DNA from: Squalus acanthias | Lineage: Eukaryota | Length of the DNA stretch: 64,000 nt | Assembly: GCA_030390025.1 (NCBI GenBank) | Contig: CM059431.1 | Coordinates: 94,180,001-94,244,000, forward strand | Direction of reading: 5' to 3' | Shown here: positions 51,866-64,000 of the stretch, one piece after another | Layout of the letters: every line of letters begins with the position of its first letter | How positions within the stretch are numbered: position 1 is the first letter of the stretch | Program-made: the position numbers and the translations under genes | The notes under the pieces: generated by a model | Database searches by the model: none | Told to the model about the DNA's origin: nothing | What the model saw: only the letters and a program-made list of their open reading frames with translations

Positions 51866-52198
51866 TTGATGCTGATGATCGAGAATCTGTTGCAGCTTCA
51901 GTCGGAGGAACAATAACACTTCGATGTAGAAACTCCTCTCTGGCAAATCTGACTCAAGTTACCTGGACCAAAGCAAGCAACAATAAATCTGAAACTGTTT
52001 TTACTTACTTACTTACTCTCAATAAGACATACACATCCAATGACAGCCAGAGACTGGTGCTGTTACAGACTCCCCAAGAACCCTACAGTCTGCAGATACA
52101 GAAGCTGCAGATTTCTGATTCAGGGAATTACACCTGCGCAGTGAATGGACTTAATTTACAGCAACACACCAAATGGCACCTTCTTATTTCCAAACCAG
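51866..52198 (+). CDS. Duplicated Ig V-set exon V2; original acceptor deleted, cryptic in-frame AG at 51864-51865
   Basis: 6 substitutions versus V1, open frame, donor intact. May be a pseudo-exon. Confidence 0.6.
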
Positions 52199-52369
52199 GT
52201 AGGAACTTCCTGCTTTCACTTTTCTCATCTCTCTGTGTCAAAAGAAAAACATGAACAAACTTTACAAATCAGTTTCAATGTTTTGTAGATATTAAGTTTG
52301 AAATTTCGAATGTAATTAGCTGCAATGGTAACAGAGAACTATTAAAACTATAATAAACTGTTACATTAT

Positions 52370-53285
52370 GGCTCCGATATTTACTGGAGCAGCATTTCCA
52401 AGCCGGGGGATGGGAGGGGGGAGGAGTTCTGGCCGGGAAACCAGGCAGACTGGGTTTCCCCAAACGTTGTGGAGATTGCGTGCGTGCCACCCTGATTTAT
52501 AGTTTTGGTTCCCTGTCGAGCAGGTAAGTTTGTGCAGTTGGGGTAGAGATCGCGAGGGGGGGAATACAGAGTGGCTTGTCGGGTCGGGGTTGATCGCTGG
52601 GAGTCAGAGACAGATCGGGGACAGAGATGAGGGGTCGGTGATTTTGGGGTGGTCCTATCGTGGGTTGGGGGTCGGTGATCGAGGGTGGGGGTCCCGATCG
52701 TGGGGGGGGGGCGGGCAGTGATATCATGGGGGTGGTTCCAATCGCGGGCGGGAGGTCCGATAGCGGGGAGGGGTCCCGATCGCGGGGGGCGCGGTGGCAG
52801 TGATATCATGGGGGTGGTTCCGATCGCGGGCGGGAGGCCCGATAGCGGGGAGGGGTTCTGATCGCGGGGAGGGAAGTAGGTTAGTTTGGGGGGCTGGGAG
52901 GGAGCACTCCTGCTTTTCCTGGCCCACAAGCGGTGCTGGAAAGGCTCTTACCTCTTCCACGCAGCAGTCCTCACCTCCCTTTAGCTGCCGGGTTTTCCGA
53001 GGCCCGTGAAACTCGGTCGGCCAGGGTTAAACCTAAAATGGAGATAAAATCTGAGGCACGCAGCTCATTAAAATATTCAAATGAGCAACCTGCTTCCCGG
53101 GAACGTGTTGGTTGCCCGCGTGCCCACCCCCACCCCCACCCCCACCCCCCCCTCAACCTGTCACACCTCCGTTAAAACCAGAAGTGGGCAGGTTCCAGGC
53201 AGGTTTGGTTCAGGTTTGAGATTTAAAACATTTTTATAACCTACCCGACCCAAAACTCACCCATTTTTGGGGGTTAAAATTCCCC
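52370..53285. mobile_element. Non-autonomous Harbinger-like element with G-rich direct repeats (left part duplicated at 48450-48618)
   Basis: Right end GGGGTTAAAATTCCCC resembles family B. Duplicated GCAGTGATATCATGGGGGTGGTTCC block. Confidence 0.6.
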
Positions 53286-53667
53286 ACTATAAACCTGAGA
53301 TATAGATACATTCCAGAAGGAATCTGAATATTTACCCAAAAGCTGTCAATAAATTACACCTATGAGGCCTAATAAATGTTTCACTCTGTGTCATTAGTTA
53401 TACTGATGGCTCATTTTACAAGATCACAAGATAGATAGATTTCCCCCACCACATCATCTAACTGACTCTTGAACAAGTTTCAGATTTTTGCCTCCACTAC
53501 CCGACATGGAAGTGCTGCTCACTCTTGGTATGAAGATCTTCCTTTCATCTCCACTAAGCTTTCTATTCCCCAGTTTTAGCCTATTCCCCCTTGCTCTAGT
53601 ATCCCACCATAACTTGAAGTAGTGCTTTGGATTAACCTTTCATCTATGCCATTTAATACCATACTAT

Positions 53668-56622
53668 GGGGGAGAAATTCGGTCCCTTAGTGCCTCCCGT
53701 TAGCACCTCCAGGGGGCGCTAGCGGGGCGCTACTGGCTTTGCGACCGGGCGCGGCGATCGTACCGACGCCTGCAAAATTTACGTGGAGGTTTGTGGCGGC
53801 GCCTGGAGGTCGTGATGTCATCCGACTGCGCAGCGCCCCGGCTCAGAAATTCACTCGCCCCCTGCCTGAGCGCCTGCTGTTAGCAACAAGTAGAGGAGGC
53901 GGTATGCAGTCGGATGAGCGCTGGAGGAGCGCTGTATAAAGGCTTCAACATCCGATTTACTTTTAGTCGGCAAAGAATGCTGCCTTATCAGTTTGACATT
54001 GGCAAACAAGAGTTTTGAGCGATTTCAGCATTTTTCACTTCAAGGAGTCTTCTGCCTCAGAAAAATTATTTAGTTTCAGTTAGGTGAGATTTTAAAGTGC
54101 AACATTTCCATCATTTAATGGGGGCAGTACTGGCACTGGACCTCGCCCTCCACCGTCAACTTCGGAGGCAGCGGAGGCAGAGAGAAAGAATGCAAAATGT
54201 GGCCAGAGAGAGGAGGGCCAACAGGGCTCTCAACAGGAGGTCTTACCCTCTGAGGGTATTCTGGCAGCATTTCTCCGACATGAATTTCACTGAGGAACAG
54301 TGTCTTAGAGAGCTCCGCTTCACCAAGGACGTGGTCACAGAGCTCTGCCACCTCCTGCAGCTAGACCTTTAGCCTCACATCATGAGCACCAGGGCTCTCT
54401 CAGTGGCAGTCAAGGTCACCTTCGCCCTCAATTTCTACGCCAGCAGATCCTTCCAATGTGCAACAGGGGACATATCTAACATATCGCAGTTTGCCGTCCA
54501 TTGCTGTATCCACGAGGTCACAGAGGCTCTCTACAGAAGGAGAAGGGATTACATTTCCTTCCCCATCACCAGAGAGAAGCAGCGCAAGCGTGCATATGGC
54601 TTTGCCAGGATAGCGGGCTTCCCCATGGTGCAGGGCGCCATTAACTGCACCCACGTCACTTTGCGGGCACTGCATAACAATCCTGAGATGTTCCGTAACC
54701 ACAAAGGTTACCACTCACTTAATGTGCAGTTGGTGTGCGACCACACACAGCGAATCCTCAATGTGAATGCCCGCTATCCTGGCAGTAGCCACGATGCCTT
54801 CATCCTGTGCCAGCTCTGTTCCAGCCACCACATCAAGCTCGCGGCTGGCTGCTGGGAGATAAGGGCTATCCGCTCTCCACCTGGCTCATGACTCCGCTCC
54901 GCAACCCCAACACTCGTGCCCAGCACCCATATAATGAGAGCTATGCTGCCACCAGGAACATCATTGAGCAGACCATCGGAGTGCTCAAGCAACGATTCCG
55001 CTGCCTTGACCACTCGGGAGGAGCCCTCCAGTACTCGGCTGAGCGGGTGTCCCCTTTCATCGTCATCTGCTGCATGCTGCACAACTTGACCATCATGAAG
55101 GCGCAGCCATTGCCACTAGGCATAGCCGCACCACCTCAGGAGGCTGAAGTGGGAGACAAGGAGGACGAGGACGAGGAGGAGGAGGAGGCGGAGGAGGAGG
55201 AGGAAGAATAGGAGCACGAACAGCAGCAATGGAGGAGCCAGCCACTCCATCGGCCTTGTGGAAGGGCGGTCCGTGACCGCATCATCAGATTTTGGTTCCA
55301 ATGAATTCGAGGCAACTTCCCAGTTGCTCAGCACGTCCCCATCATTCCATCAATTTCTCATTCCATACCACACCCCAAAGGTGAAATGAGACACAGCACC
55401 ATTTCTGCAACATTCCAATAATAAATTTATCTACAATCAGTAACCACATATATACAACAACAATATTGACTAATCACCCTTGTGCAAACCCTTACTTCCC
55501 CTCTTTACAGTGCCTTTTCCTAATCTGTTGCTCCTACATAGTGTCTCCCCAGTGGCTGCAGCAGGGCTGGTGGAAGGCTGCTGAGTGTCGATGCCAGACA
55601 TTACAGATGGCCTTGCAGGACGCCCTCGACCAGCTCTGGGTCTGGAAGGCCCGGCTGTAGAGTGTGCCACCTCAGGCTGGGCGGCAGCAGTCTGGGTTGG
55701 CTGGATGACAGGCAGCGACAAGGGCAATGTTGGAGTGGCAGTGGTGGGATCAGCAATGCTGTCATCCTGAGAGAGGACAACAGGTTCCTGCTCCACTGAT
55801 CCACTGCCACTCCCCCAGGGCAGCACCTCAGCATACATACCAATCTGCTGGAGCAAAGATTGCTGGCCTGCTGCGACACTGTGAGATCCCCGGTGGACTG
55901 TGGTGGACCCAGTGATGATGGCAGCAGTCAGAGCTTTCATGGCATCAAGCTGAGACTGCATGAGAGATGAGAGGAGTCTGAGATTCGATGCCAACAACCA
56001 TTGACTGCATTACAGCACTAAGATGTTGCGTCATTTCTGCCTGTGCTGCAATGGAAGCTGCCACATTGCCCATGACACGCGTCCTGAGGTCTGGATCCGC
56101 ACGGTCTCTCTGGGAGTCCACCATCCTCTGTACAGTGGAAATGATGGGCTCCATGGTGTGCGCAGAGCTCTGTGCAATGTTGGAGGTGAACTCCTCCATG
56201 CTCCTTACATAGAAACATAGAAAAATAGAAGCAGGAGTAGGCCATTCGGCCCTTCGAGCATGCTTTGCCATTCAATATGATCATGGCTGATCCTCTATCT
56301 CAATACCATATTTCCGCTCTCTCCCCATACCCCTTGATGCCTTTTGTGTCTAGAAATCTATCTATTTCCTTCTTAAATATATTCAGTGACTTGGCCTCCA
56401 CAACCTTCTGTGGTAGAGAATTCCACAGGTTCACCACCCTCTGAGTGAAGAAATTTCTCCTCATCTCAGTCCTAAATGTCCTACCCCGTATCCTGAGACT
56501 GTGACCCCTCGTTCTAGACCCCTCAGCCAGGGGAAACATCCTCCCTGCATCCAGTCTGTCGAGCCCTGTCAGAATTACAATTGCCGTCAGGCTCTCGGGC
56601 ACCCTTGCCATTGCACCTATCA
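53668..56622 (+). mobile_element. Harbinger element H6, left part: disabled transposase (~54118-55304) and Myb 3' exon; CR1 fragment inserted at 56210-56574
   Basis: TIR GGGGGAGAAATTCGGT; motifs INCTHV, PGSSHD, LGDKGYP, CCMLHN. The Myb frame ESLTAIV|RSMEE rejoins across the CR1 insert (TTACA duplication). Confidence 0.88.
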
Positions 56623-57189
56623 GTCACTTTCACCTCACCTCTGGAATTCAGCTCCTTTGTCCATGTTTGGACCAAGGCTGTAATGAGGTCGGGAGCCGAG
56701 TGGTCCTGGCGGAACCAAAACTGGGCATCAGTGAGCAGGCTATTGGTGATTAAGTGCCGCTTGATAGCACTGTCGACGACACCTTCCATCACTTTGCTGA
56801 TGATTGAGAGTAGACTGATGGGGCGGTAATTGGCCACATTGGATTTGTCCTGCTTTTTGTGGACAGGACATACCTGGGCAGTTTACCACATTGTTGGATA
56901 GATGCCAGTGTTGTAGCTGTACTGGAACACTAAGCCAACAAGGATGGGTGTGGGGGATTAACAAGATTTAGTGTGGGCCAGGATATGGGCAGCTGTATTT
57001 TGGATGTTGAATTTTATGGAGTTTGGATGAAGGAGGGCAGGCAAGGAGAGCAATGAATAATAAAGTCTGGGGGTGACAAAAGCACAGAACAAGGTTTTAG
57101 TAACGGAGAGATTGAGATTGGGCAAAGGCAGGCAATATTGTGGAAATAGAAGTAGTGGCTTTGGTGATAAAGAGAATGCAGAGTTTGGG

Positions 57190-58315
57190 GGTATTGGGGG
57201 TAATATATTAGCATGGATTGAGAATTAGTTAATGGACAGAAAACAGAGAGTAGGAATAAATGGGTAATTTTCAGGTTGACAGGCTGTTACTAGTGGGTTA
57301 CCACAAGGATCAGTGCTTGAGCCTTAGCTATTTCCAATTTATATCAATGACTTATACGAAGGGACTGAGTGTAATGTATCCAAGTTTGCTGACAATACAA
57401 AGCTAGTTGGGAAAGTAAGTTGTGAGGAGGACGCAAAGAGGCTGCAAAGGGCTATAGACAAGCTAAGTGAGTGGGCAAGGACATGGCAGATGGAATATAA
57501 TGTGGAGAAATGTGAAGTTATCCACATTGGTAGGAAAAATAAAAAAACAGAATATTTTTTAAATGGTGAGAGATTGGGAAATGTTGGTATGCAGAGGGAC
57601 CTGGTATCCTTGTACACGAATCACAGAAAATTAACACGCAGGTACAGCAAGCGATTGAGAAAGTAAATAGAATGTTAGTCTTTATTACAAAAGGTTTGGA
57701 GTTTCAGAGTAAAGAAGTCTTGCTACAATTATATAGCACCTAGGTGATATTGCACCTGGAGTATTGTGTACAGTTTTGGTCTCCTTACCTAAGGAAGGAT
57801 ATACTTGCCTTAGAGGGAGTGCAACAAAGATTCACCAGACTGGTTCCTGGGATGAGTGGATTGTCCTATGAGGAGAGATTTAGTAGACTAGGCCTATATT
57901 TCCTGGAGTTTAGAAGAATGAGAGGTGATCTCATTGAAATATATAAAATTCTTAGAGGGCTTGCTAGAGTAGATGCTCGGAGGATGGTTCCCCTGGCTGG
58001 GGAGTCGAGAACTAGGGGGTCACAGTCTCAAAATAAGGAGTCAGCTATTTAGGAATGAGATGAGGAGAAATGTTTTCACACAAAGGGTTGTGAATCTTTG
58101 GAATTATCTACCTCAGAGACCTGTGGATGCGCAGACGTTCAGCATATTCAAGACAGAGATCGATAGATTTTTGGATACTGAGGGGATCAAGGGTTATGGG
58201 GATAATGCGGGAAGGTGGGGTTGAGGTAGAAGATCAGCCGTGATCTTATTGAATGGCGAAGCAGGCATGAAGGGTTGTATAGCCTACTCCTGCTCTTATT
58301 TCTTATGTTCTTAAT
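57190..58315 (+). mobile_element. Degenerate CR1 RT/3' end
   Basis: ORFs 57744-58052 and 57973-58224, with tail. Confidence 0.88.
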
Positions 58316-58842
58316 GTATCTTGAATGCAGGCTGAGGCATCCATCCTCTTCAATGCTTTCATTAATTGAAAATGAAAGGGATAGTCTTGCAGTGTCTGTT
58401 CCAGGCATTCTGAAAGAATTCTTTTCACAGGTAACGTTTTGTTGTAAACCCACTCGAGTGCACACTACACATGATCTTGATGAATGGGAGTTGGCAGTAG
58501 ATGCCCCAAATGTGGATTAAAACTGGTCATGAGGGGATGTCAAAGACAGCAATTCAAAAATACATGAGACATCAGTCCCAATTGTTCATTCGATTGTTAG
58601 GCCCTGAATTTAAATTGGATACAATTCTAGAGATCGGAAAAGTGGGCCATTTCACTTCAATGGCAATACTGACCTAATTCAGGTTGAACATACATCCTTG
58701 AAATTTCAAGGGCCTGGGATGGAAAATGTCATTATCTGGTTAGGCAGGGGTAGATGCTGGGTCAGTGCCCCTTTTTCAGACATTCAGAAACTGAGATTGA
58801 AGAAGAGTTGGGCTCATATGTCCATCCATCTCTAGACGTATT

Positions 58843-59595
58843 GGCCCAGAAATTCGGCCGAATACGGGAGAGTACGCACTGTGTACTCACCCGTATTCGG
58901 TCCCGAAGTGCTGGTTTCCTGCATGCACTGCGCATGCGCGGGAAACCGGCACTTCCGATATTGCGAAGGGGGCGGTTCCTAAGTGAACCGCGTGCGCACT
59001 ACAGGCTGTGCGCACGCAGCACACTTAGGTTTTTTTTCAGGTTGGAACGCGAGGGTACGTATGGAAGATTTTACACATGAAAAAAGGAGGCGTAAGACCC
59101 CCTTTTAACAAGGTAAGTAGTTAATTAAGTATTATTTTACATTTTTTTCAACAGGTTTATCTTTTTTAGAGACTTTAAAGAAAGGTAAGTTTATTTTTAT
59201 AACTTTTAAAAAGAATTTAAATTTTTTCAAAAATTTAAATTTTTGTTTAAAGTGGTTAATTTATTTAACTATAGTTATTTTATTAATGTGATTTTTTTTT
59301 TAATTTATTTGAGGTTTAGCTGTTCTTTTGGGGGCAATTTGTATTCATAGTTTTGACAGCTCTTCCTGTCAAATCTATGAATGAAAGATGGTGTGCTGCC
59401 ATTGGCTCTCCATGGACCACCTGATCCCAGAGATCGCATCGAACTAACTGCGCCTCTGGGACACGCACACACTGCGCGCCGGCACCAGGGAGAGGCCCAG
59501 GACCAGAAGTTCATGTGGGCCCGAAACATAAAGGCAGGTAAGATCGCGCCGGATCCTTACCCCCGCGGCAACCATCGAAGTCTAATTTCTGGGCC
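58843..59595 (+). mobile_element. MITE family A
   Basis: TIR GGCCCAGAAATT / AATTTCTGGGCC, exact ATT TSD. Confidence 0.9.
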
Positions 59596-60018
59596 ATTAT
59601 AATGCAATGCCAATGAAGGTAATACAAGAAAGGAGTTTCACTCTGCTTTGCTTCAAAATCAGTTCAGGCCTTAACACTCCAAGTTTCGTGTCATGCAGTT
59701 TCAACTTGACACTAATGCTAAACTTACAGGGTGTGAGTGTACCATAAGTCATCAGGATGTCATTCCCTTCTTCAGTCATGTAATGCACATTCAACATCCA
59801 CACTGACATTGAACTGCTTACTTCTAAAGGGTCGTGAACTTGTAGAGTGGTTTGTCTCTTAATTAGTCCTCAGTACAAATACCAATAACAAGTTTGAACA
59901 ATAGTTTGTCCTCACATCTTAGTGACTTGTGCCACTCCTGAGGTTTTCTTGATATCCACCTGTTGAGAGCTCAATCCCACAATTGTCAGTTCTCTAAAGA
60001 CAAACTAGTGACGATATC

Positions 60019-60658
60019 GGGAGCAAAATTCGGTTGCTTTGCGCCTCCCGTTAGGGCGCTAATGGGACACAAAGCAACTAGCGCCCGAGTGCGGCACCGC
60101 TAACGCCTCCCGCAAAATTCAGCGAGAGGTTAGCGGCAGCGGCAACCAGTAGCGCCCCGCAGTGCTGCGCCCCGGCTACTAACTTCGGTAGCGCCCCCTG
60201 ACTTACCGCCAGACGCTATGTCCGACAGGGTCAGGGGGGCAGATGTGCGGCCGGGGCCGCGATAATTAAAGCAGAGGTGCCGGGCGGCCATTTTGTTTGC
60301 TGGCCGCCTGCCAGCACTTGCCCCCTCTGCAGCCCCCCGCCTCTTCAGCCCCCCCACTCTGCAGCCCCCACCTCCTCTTTTGCCAGCACCCCGATCCCTG
60401 GTGGCCCAGCTGGGCCCCGGGTCGCGCTGCGCTAGGCCCCTCCCCTTTAACAGGGGGAGGAAGGCCTACAGTACCGCGGCACGTAGTACCGTGATGTTCC
60501 CTGGTAGTGCCAAAAGGGGGAGGGGGAGCGCTTCCAGTAGTGCCCTGCCTCTCTCTTGGGGCGCTACCAGTGAATTTCGGGCGCAGGGGCACTAATTTTT
60601 TCGGGCCACTAAAAGGCAAAGTTGCCGCCCCAAAGGAGACGTGGCCAAATTTTTGGCC
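60019..60658. mobile_element. GC-rich MITE family C (left end resembles H6)
   Basis: Repeated TAGCGC/GCGCTA motifs. Homologous to 61429-62086. Confidence 0.7.
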
Positions 60659-61428
60659 TGATATCTTTTATAAGATATCATGCTCTGGGGAGATTTAATA
60701 ATTCAGTGCCTGAGTCAGGAAGGTAAGAACTATTCCAGGACTCTGTTGATGCCACCTTGATGAATAAACCAGTAACTGGAGGTAGAAATCCTCTGACTTA
60801 GCTCCCAAAACCATGTAAGCCAATGCTCGAATGGATACACTTGCTCTTGCTGGACAAGCAGAGAGAAGCTTACCAGTGCCCTTTACTGATAAACCACACA
60901 GTTTATTATGGTTACTTTGCAGCAACACAATTGAGGATCCCCAAGCCTTAGCTCTTGGCAAGTCTAAATAAGTGGTACGTGCTGCTATGAGAGAAAGTTT
61001 ATGCTCTTGACGTTGGACAAACAGACACTTCACTTTGACTTTGAAACTCGAGCCTGATGTTGTGTTTCCATGTATCAGATATCCAGCTGATCAAAAAAAT
61101 GCTTCTTTATGTAGCTGTGTGAGGAGCTCTCCACTAGCACATCAGATTCTTAATCAGAGGGCATCCATTCAGGCACTGTTTGAGAAAGATTTCTCAGAAA
61201 GTAACTTTAAGTACTTTTCTGAATTGCATTGCCAATTGGGTCACTAGCTAGTGGTGTATTGAAGTTTGGTTTGGCTCAACTTGACTCCCAATTTTTGACT
61301 AAATTATCAGAAAAGGTGTAACAAAATTCTTGAGAATTAACAAAAAAGATCTCACAACTCAAACTTGTGTATGCGCAGAGTCCACACTTGCCCCATACAC
61401 TTTTAATGGGTTCCTTTTTAAAAATTAA

Positions 61429-62086
61429 GGTGGAAAAATTGGGTTTGTTTGCGCCTCTCGTTAGCGCTCCCTGGGGATGCTAACAGGGTGCAAATCCCCT
61501 GGCGCCCGGGTGCGGCGCCGCTAACGCCTCCCACTAAATTCAGCGGGAGGTTAGCGGTGGCGGTAGATGGGAGCGCCCTGCAGCGCTGCACAGCCGGCGA
61601 TGATGTCATCACCATGCGCAGCGCCCTGCTCGTGCCCAGGCCGCAAACTTCCTTTGCAGCAGCGGCGGCGCAAGTTAAAGGGGCAGGTGTCGGGCAGCCA
61701 TTTTTATATTGGCCGACTGCCAACACCTGCCCCCTTTCACTTTTTTCTTCGGGGTGCTGGCCGTGATCGCTCAGCGAGGGTGTTCTCACAGCACCCCGCT
61801 CCCTGGTGGTCCGGCAGGGCCCTGGTGTGCGCAGCGCTAGGCCCCTCACCTTTAATCAGGGGAGGAGGCCTGCAATGACGCGGTGCTACATGCCGTCACG
61901 CGTAGCGCCGCTGCACGTAGCACCGTGAAATTCAGTAGTAGCGCCCCAAGCAGGAGGTGGAATGCTTTCCAGTAGCCCCCACCTCCTGCTTGGAGAGCTA
62001 CTACTGAATTTACGGCGGAGAGGCGCTAACTTTTTCGAGGCGCTATATTAGCGTCCCAAAAGGCGCACCACCCAATTTTTCCCCCC
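61429..62086. mobile_element. GC-rich MITE family C
   Basis: Termini GGTGGAAAAATTGGGT / ACCCAATTTTTCCCCCC. Confidence 0.75.
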
Positions 62087-63608
62087 AAGTATCTTTACCA
62101 CATCAGTAGGTTCGATTGATTCCTTCCCCTCCCTCATTTCCCATCCCCCATCCCAAATATTTGTATGAGTTTGGATCTGGAGTGCAGCTTGATCCTTGCA
62201 AATTATCTTCGAGCACAAATTCAGAAAACTGTGCTCAATAATCCCCTTCATCAAATAGGAGGCTGAGTAATGCAGTGTGTTAGCACATTTCCTTTTACCT
62301 GTGGATGTTGGGTATGAATCCAGCCAAGATGGATGGGATGAACATCTCTCTGAGAGAGAAACTCACAGTAAATGTTCCCGCTAATCATTTCTGGGCTGCG
62401 CGGCCCATTCAAATTACCGCGCATGTGCGGTTCTTGCCATTGGAACGCCGTTGAGCGGCCTGCAGCAGATCACAGCGAGGCCACTAAATGGGAACATTGC
62501 TCACAGTACTGTGACATTTACAGCAGTCAACTGCTCATTGTTTTAACCTGGTACAAAGGATCATTCTGTAAACAATTCTCGCAATAGTTCTATATATTTA
62601 TTTACATTGTAAATTAGTATTGGCAACTGGATACAATAACATTTTGTGGTAAAAGTCATTCATCCGTTAACACAAGAAAATCTTTACCCTGTTTAATGCA
62701 TTCTATTCTTCAGCATCAACATCCCTCATTATGATGATTAAAGATAGCCATATAATTGGGCAGTTGTGATAGGACTTTAACGTGTGACAACAGTGAAAGG
62801 GGCAGAAACTGCTGAAGACAGGATTAAGAGGATTAGGAAATGTTAGTAGGTCTATAGCCCATGTTAAATGGTTCCTTATTTTCTCACAGGACTCAAGGAG
62901 TAAGTCCTCTCTTGAGTGAATTGATAACCCAAGGATATCCTGTTTGCTCATCCATCCATGCGGTACCTTGCTAATCCATCTCTAGACTGATATAGAATCT
63001 TACAGCAGAGAAGGAGGCTATTCGGCCCATCGTGTCTGAACCTGTTCTTTGAAAGAGCTATCAACTTAGTCCTACTCCCCTGCCCTTTCCTCATAGCTCT
63101 ACAAATTTCTCCCTTTCAAGTATTTATTCAAATCCCTTTTGAAAGTGCATTCCAGATCATAACTAAATGGTTGCCTGCTATTCGCTTGTTTTATGGTCCC
63201 TGCTATGGGCTAACCATAACCTTCATTAATTCTGCCATGATAAGCCCTCTATGAGAATTTCAGACTCCCACATATCTGCAGTTTAATGGCTACTATTACC
63301 CATCACCATCCGGTCTTAATTTCTGCAGCATTAAATTGAGATAGAGCATATAAATGTTTCTATTTGCCATTGCATAGTTCCTCAAACACATAAATTTAAT
63401 AGAAAAATGTTGGATGGTTAATCAGAAAGGTTATTATTCTTTTCGGCTGCTAAAGAGGTGTGTTAAACCTATCTGAATCACATTAAACAGGGGAAACATA
63501 GTGAGTAATGATAGTAAGCTTTTATCAGTTCAATAACATTGCTTTGTAGAGCCAACATTCTCTTTAGCAGATAGCACAGGGACACGTAACATCTCTAGCA
63601 CACACAAT

Positions 63609-64000
63609 GGCCCAGAAATTCAGCCGAATACGGGAGAGTACGCACTGTGTACTCACCCGTATTCGGTCCCGAAGTGCTGGTTTCCTGCATGCACTGCGCA
63701 TGCGTGGGAAACCGGCACTTCCGATATTGCGAAGGGGGCGGTTCCTAAGTGAACCGCGTGTGCACTACAGGCTGTGCGCACGCAGCACACTGAGGTTTTT
63801 TTTCAGGTTTGAACGCGAGGGTAAGTATGGAAGATTTTACACATGAAAAAAGGAGGCGTAAGACCCCCTTTTAAAAAGGTAAGTAATTAATCAAGTATTA
63901 TTTTTAATTTTTTTCAACAGGTTTATCTTTTTTCGAGACTTTAAAGAAAGGTAAGTTTATTTTTATAACTTTTAAAAAGAATTTAATTTTTTTCAAAAAT
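63609..64000 (+). mobile_element. MITE family A, runs off the window end
   Basis: Near-identical to 58843 onward. Confidence 0.9.

Larger units (their letters stand above)
46057..52503 (+). repeat. Recent local duplication: 46057-48618 versus 49936-52503
   Basis: Near-identical CR1 tail, SINE, MITE, V exon and flanks, offset by ~3.9 kb. Confidence 0.95.

Noticed and set aside
59597..61250. Faint resemblance to a degraded Gypsy gag/RT on the minus strand
   Set aside because: Motifs are too decayed to support by eye. A translated HMM search is needed.
62714..62769. Possible next exon after TTCTATTCTTCAG (ASTSLIMMIKDSHIIGQL*)
   Set aside because: Short, not transmembrane-like, and without independent support.

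Overview
Repeat-dense vertebrate genomic DNA, most likely from a cartilaginous fish (shark). That assignment is an inference from the CR1 LINE families, the Deu-domain SINEs and the abundant PIF/Harbinger transposons. Most of the window is nested CR1 LINEs, two-gene Harbinger elements (DDE transposase plus a spliced Myb/SANT-like gene), Harbinger-type MITEs, a solo LTR and a 28-bp minisatellite. Within the repeats lies the 5' part of a + strand immunoglobulin-superfamily gene with a non-rearranging V-set domain, loosely CD226/TIGIT/CD200R-like. It has two candidate signal-peptide exons (21519-21588, 38541-38589), each behind a different promoter-like motif cluster, and two recently duplicated V-domain exons (47949-48278, 51866-52198). 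No transmembrane or cytoplasmic exon was found. Other points of note: a candidate -1 frameshift heptamer at CR1 ORF1/ORF2 junctions, neighbouring Harbinger derivatives that each retain the gene the other lost, and a MITE family with covarying hairpins and repeated splice donors.
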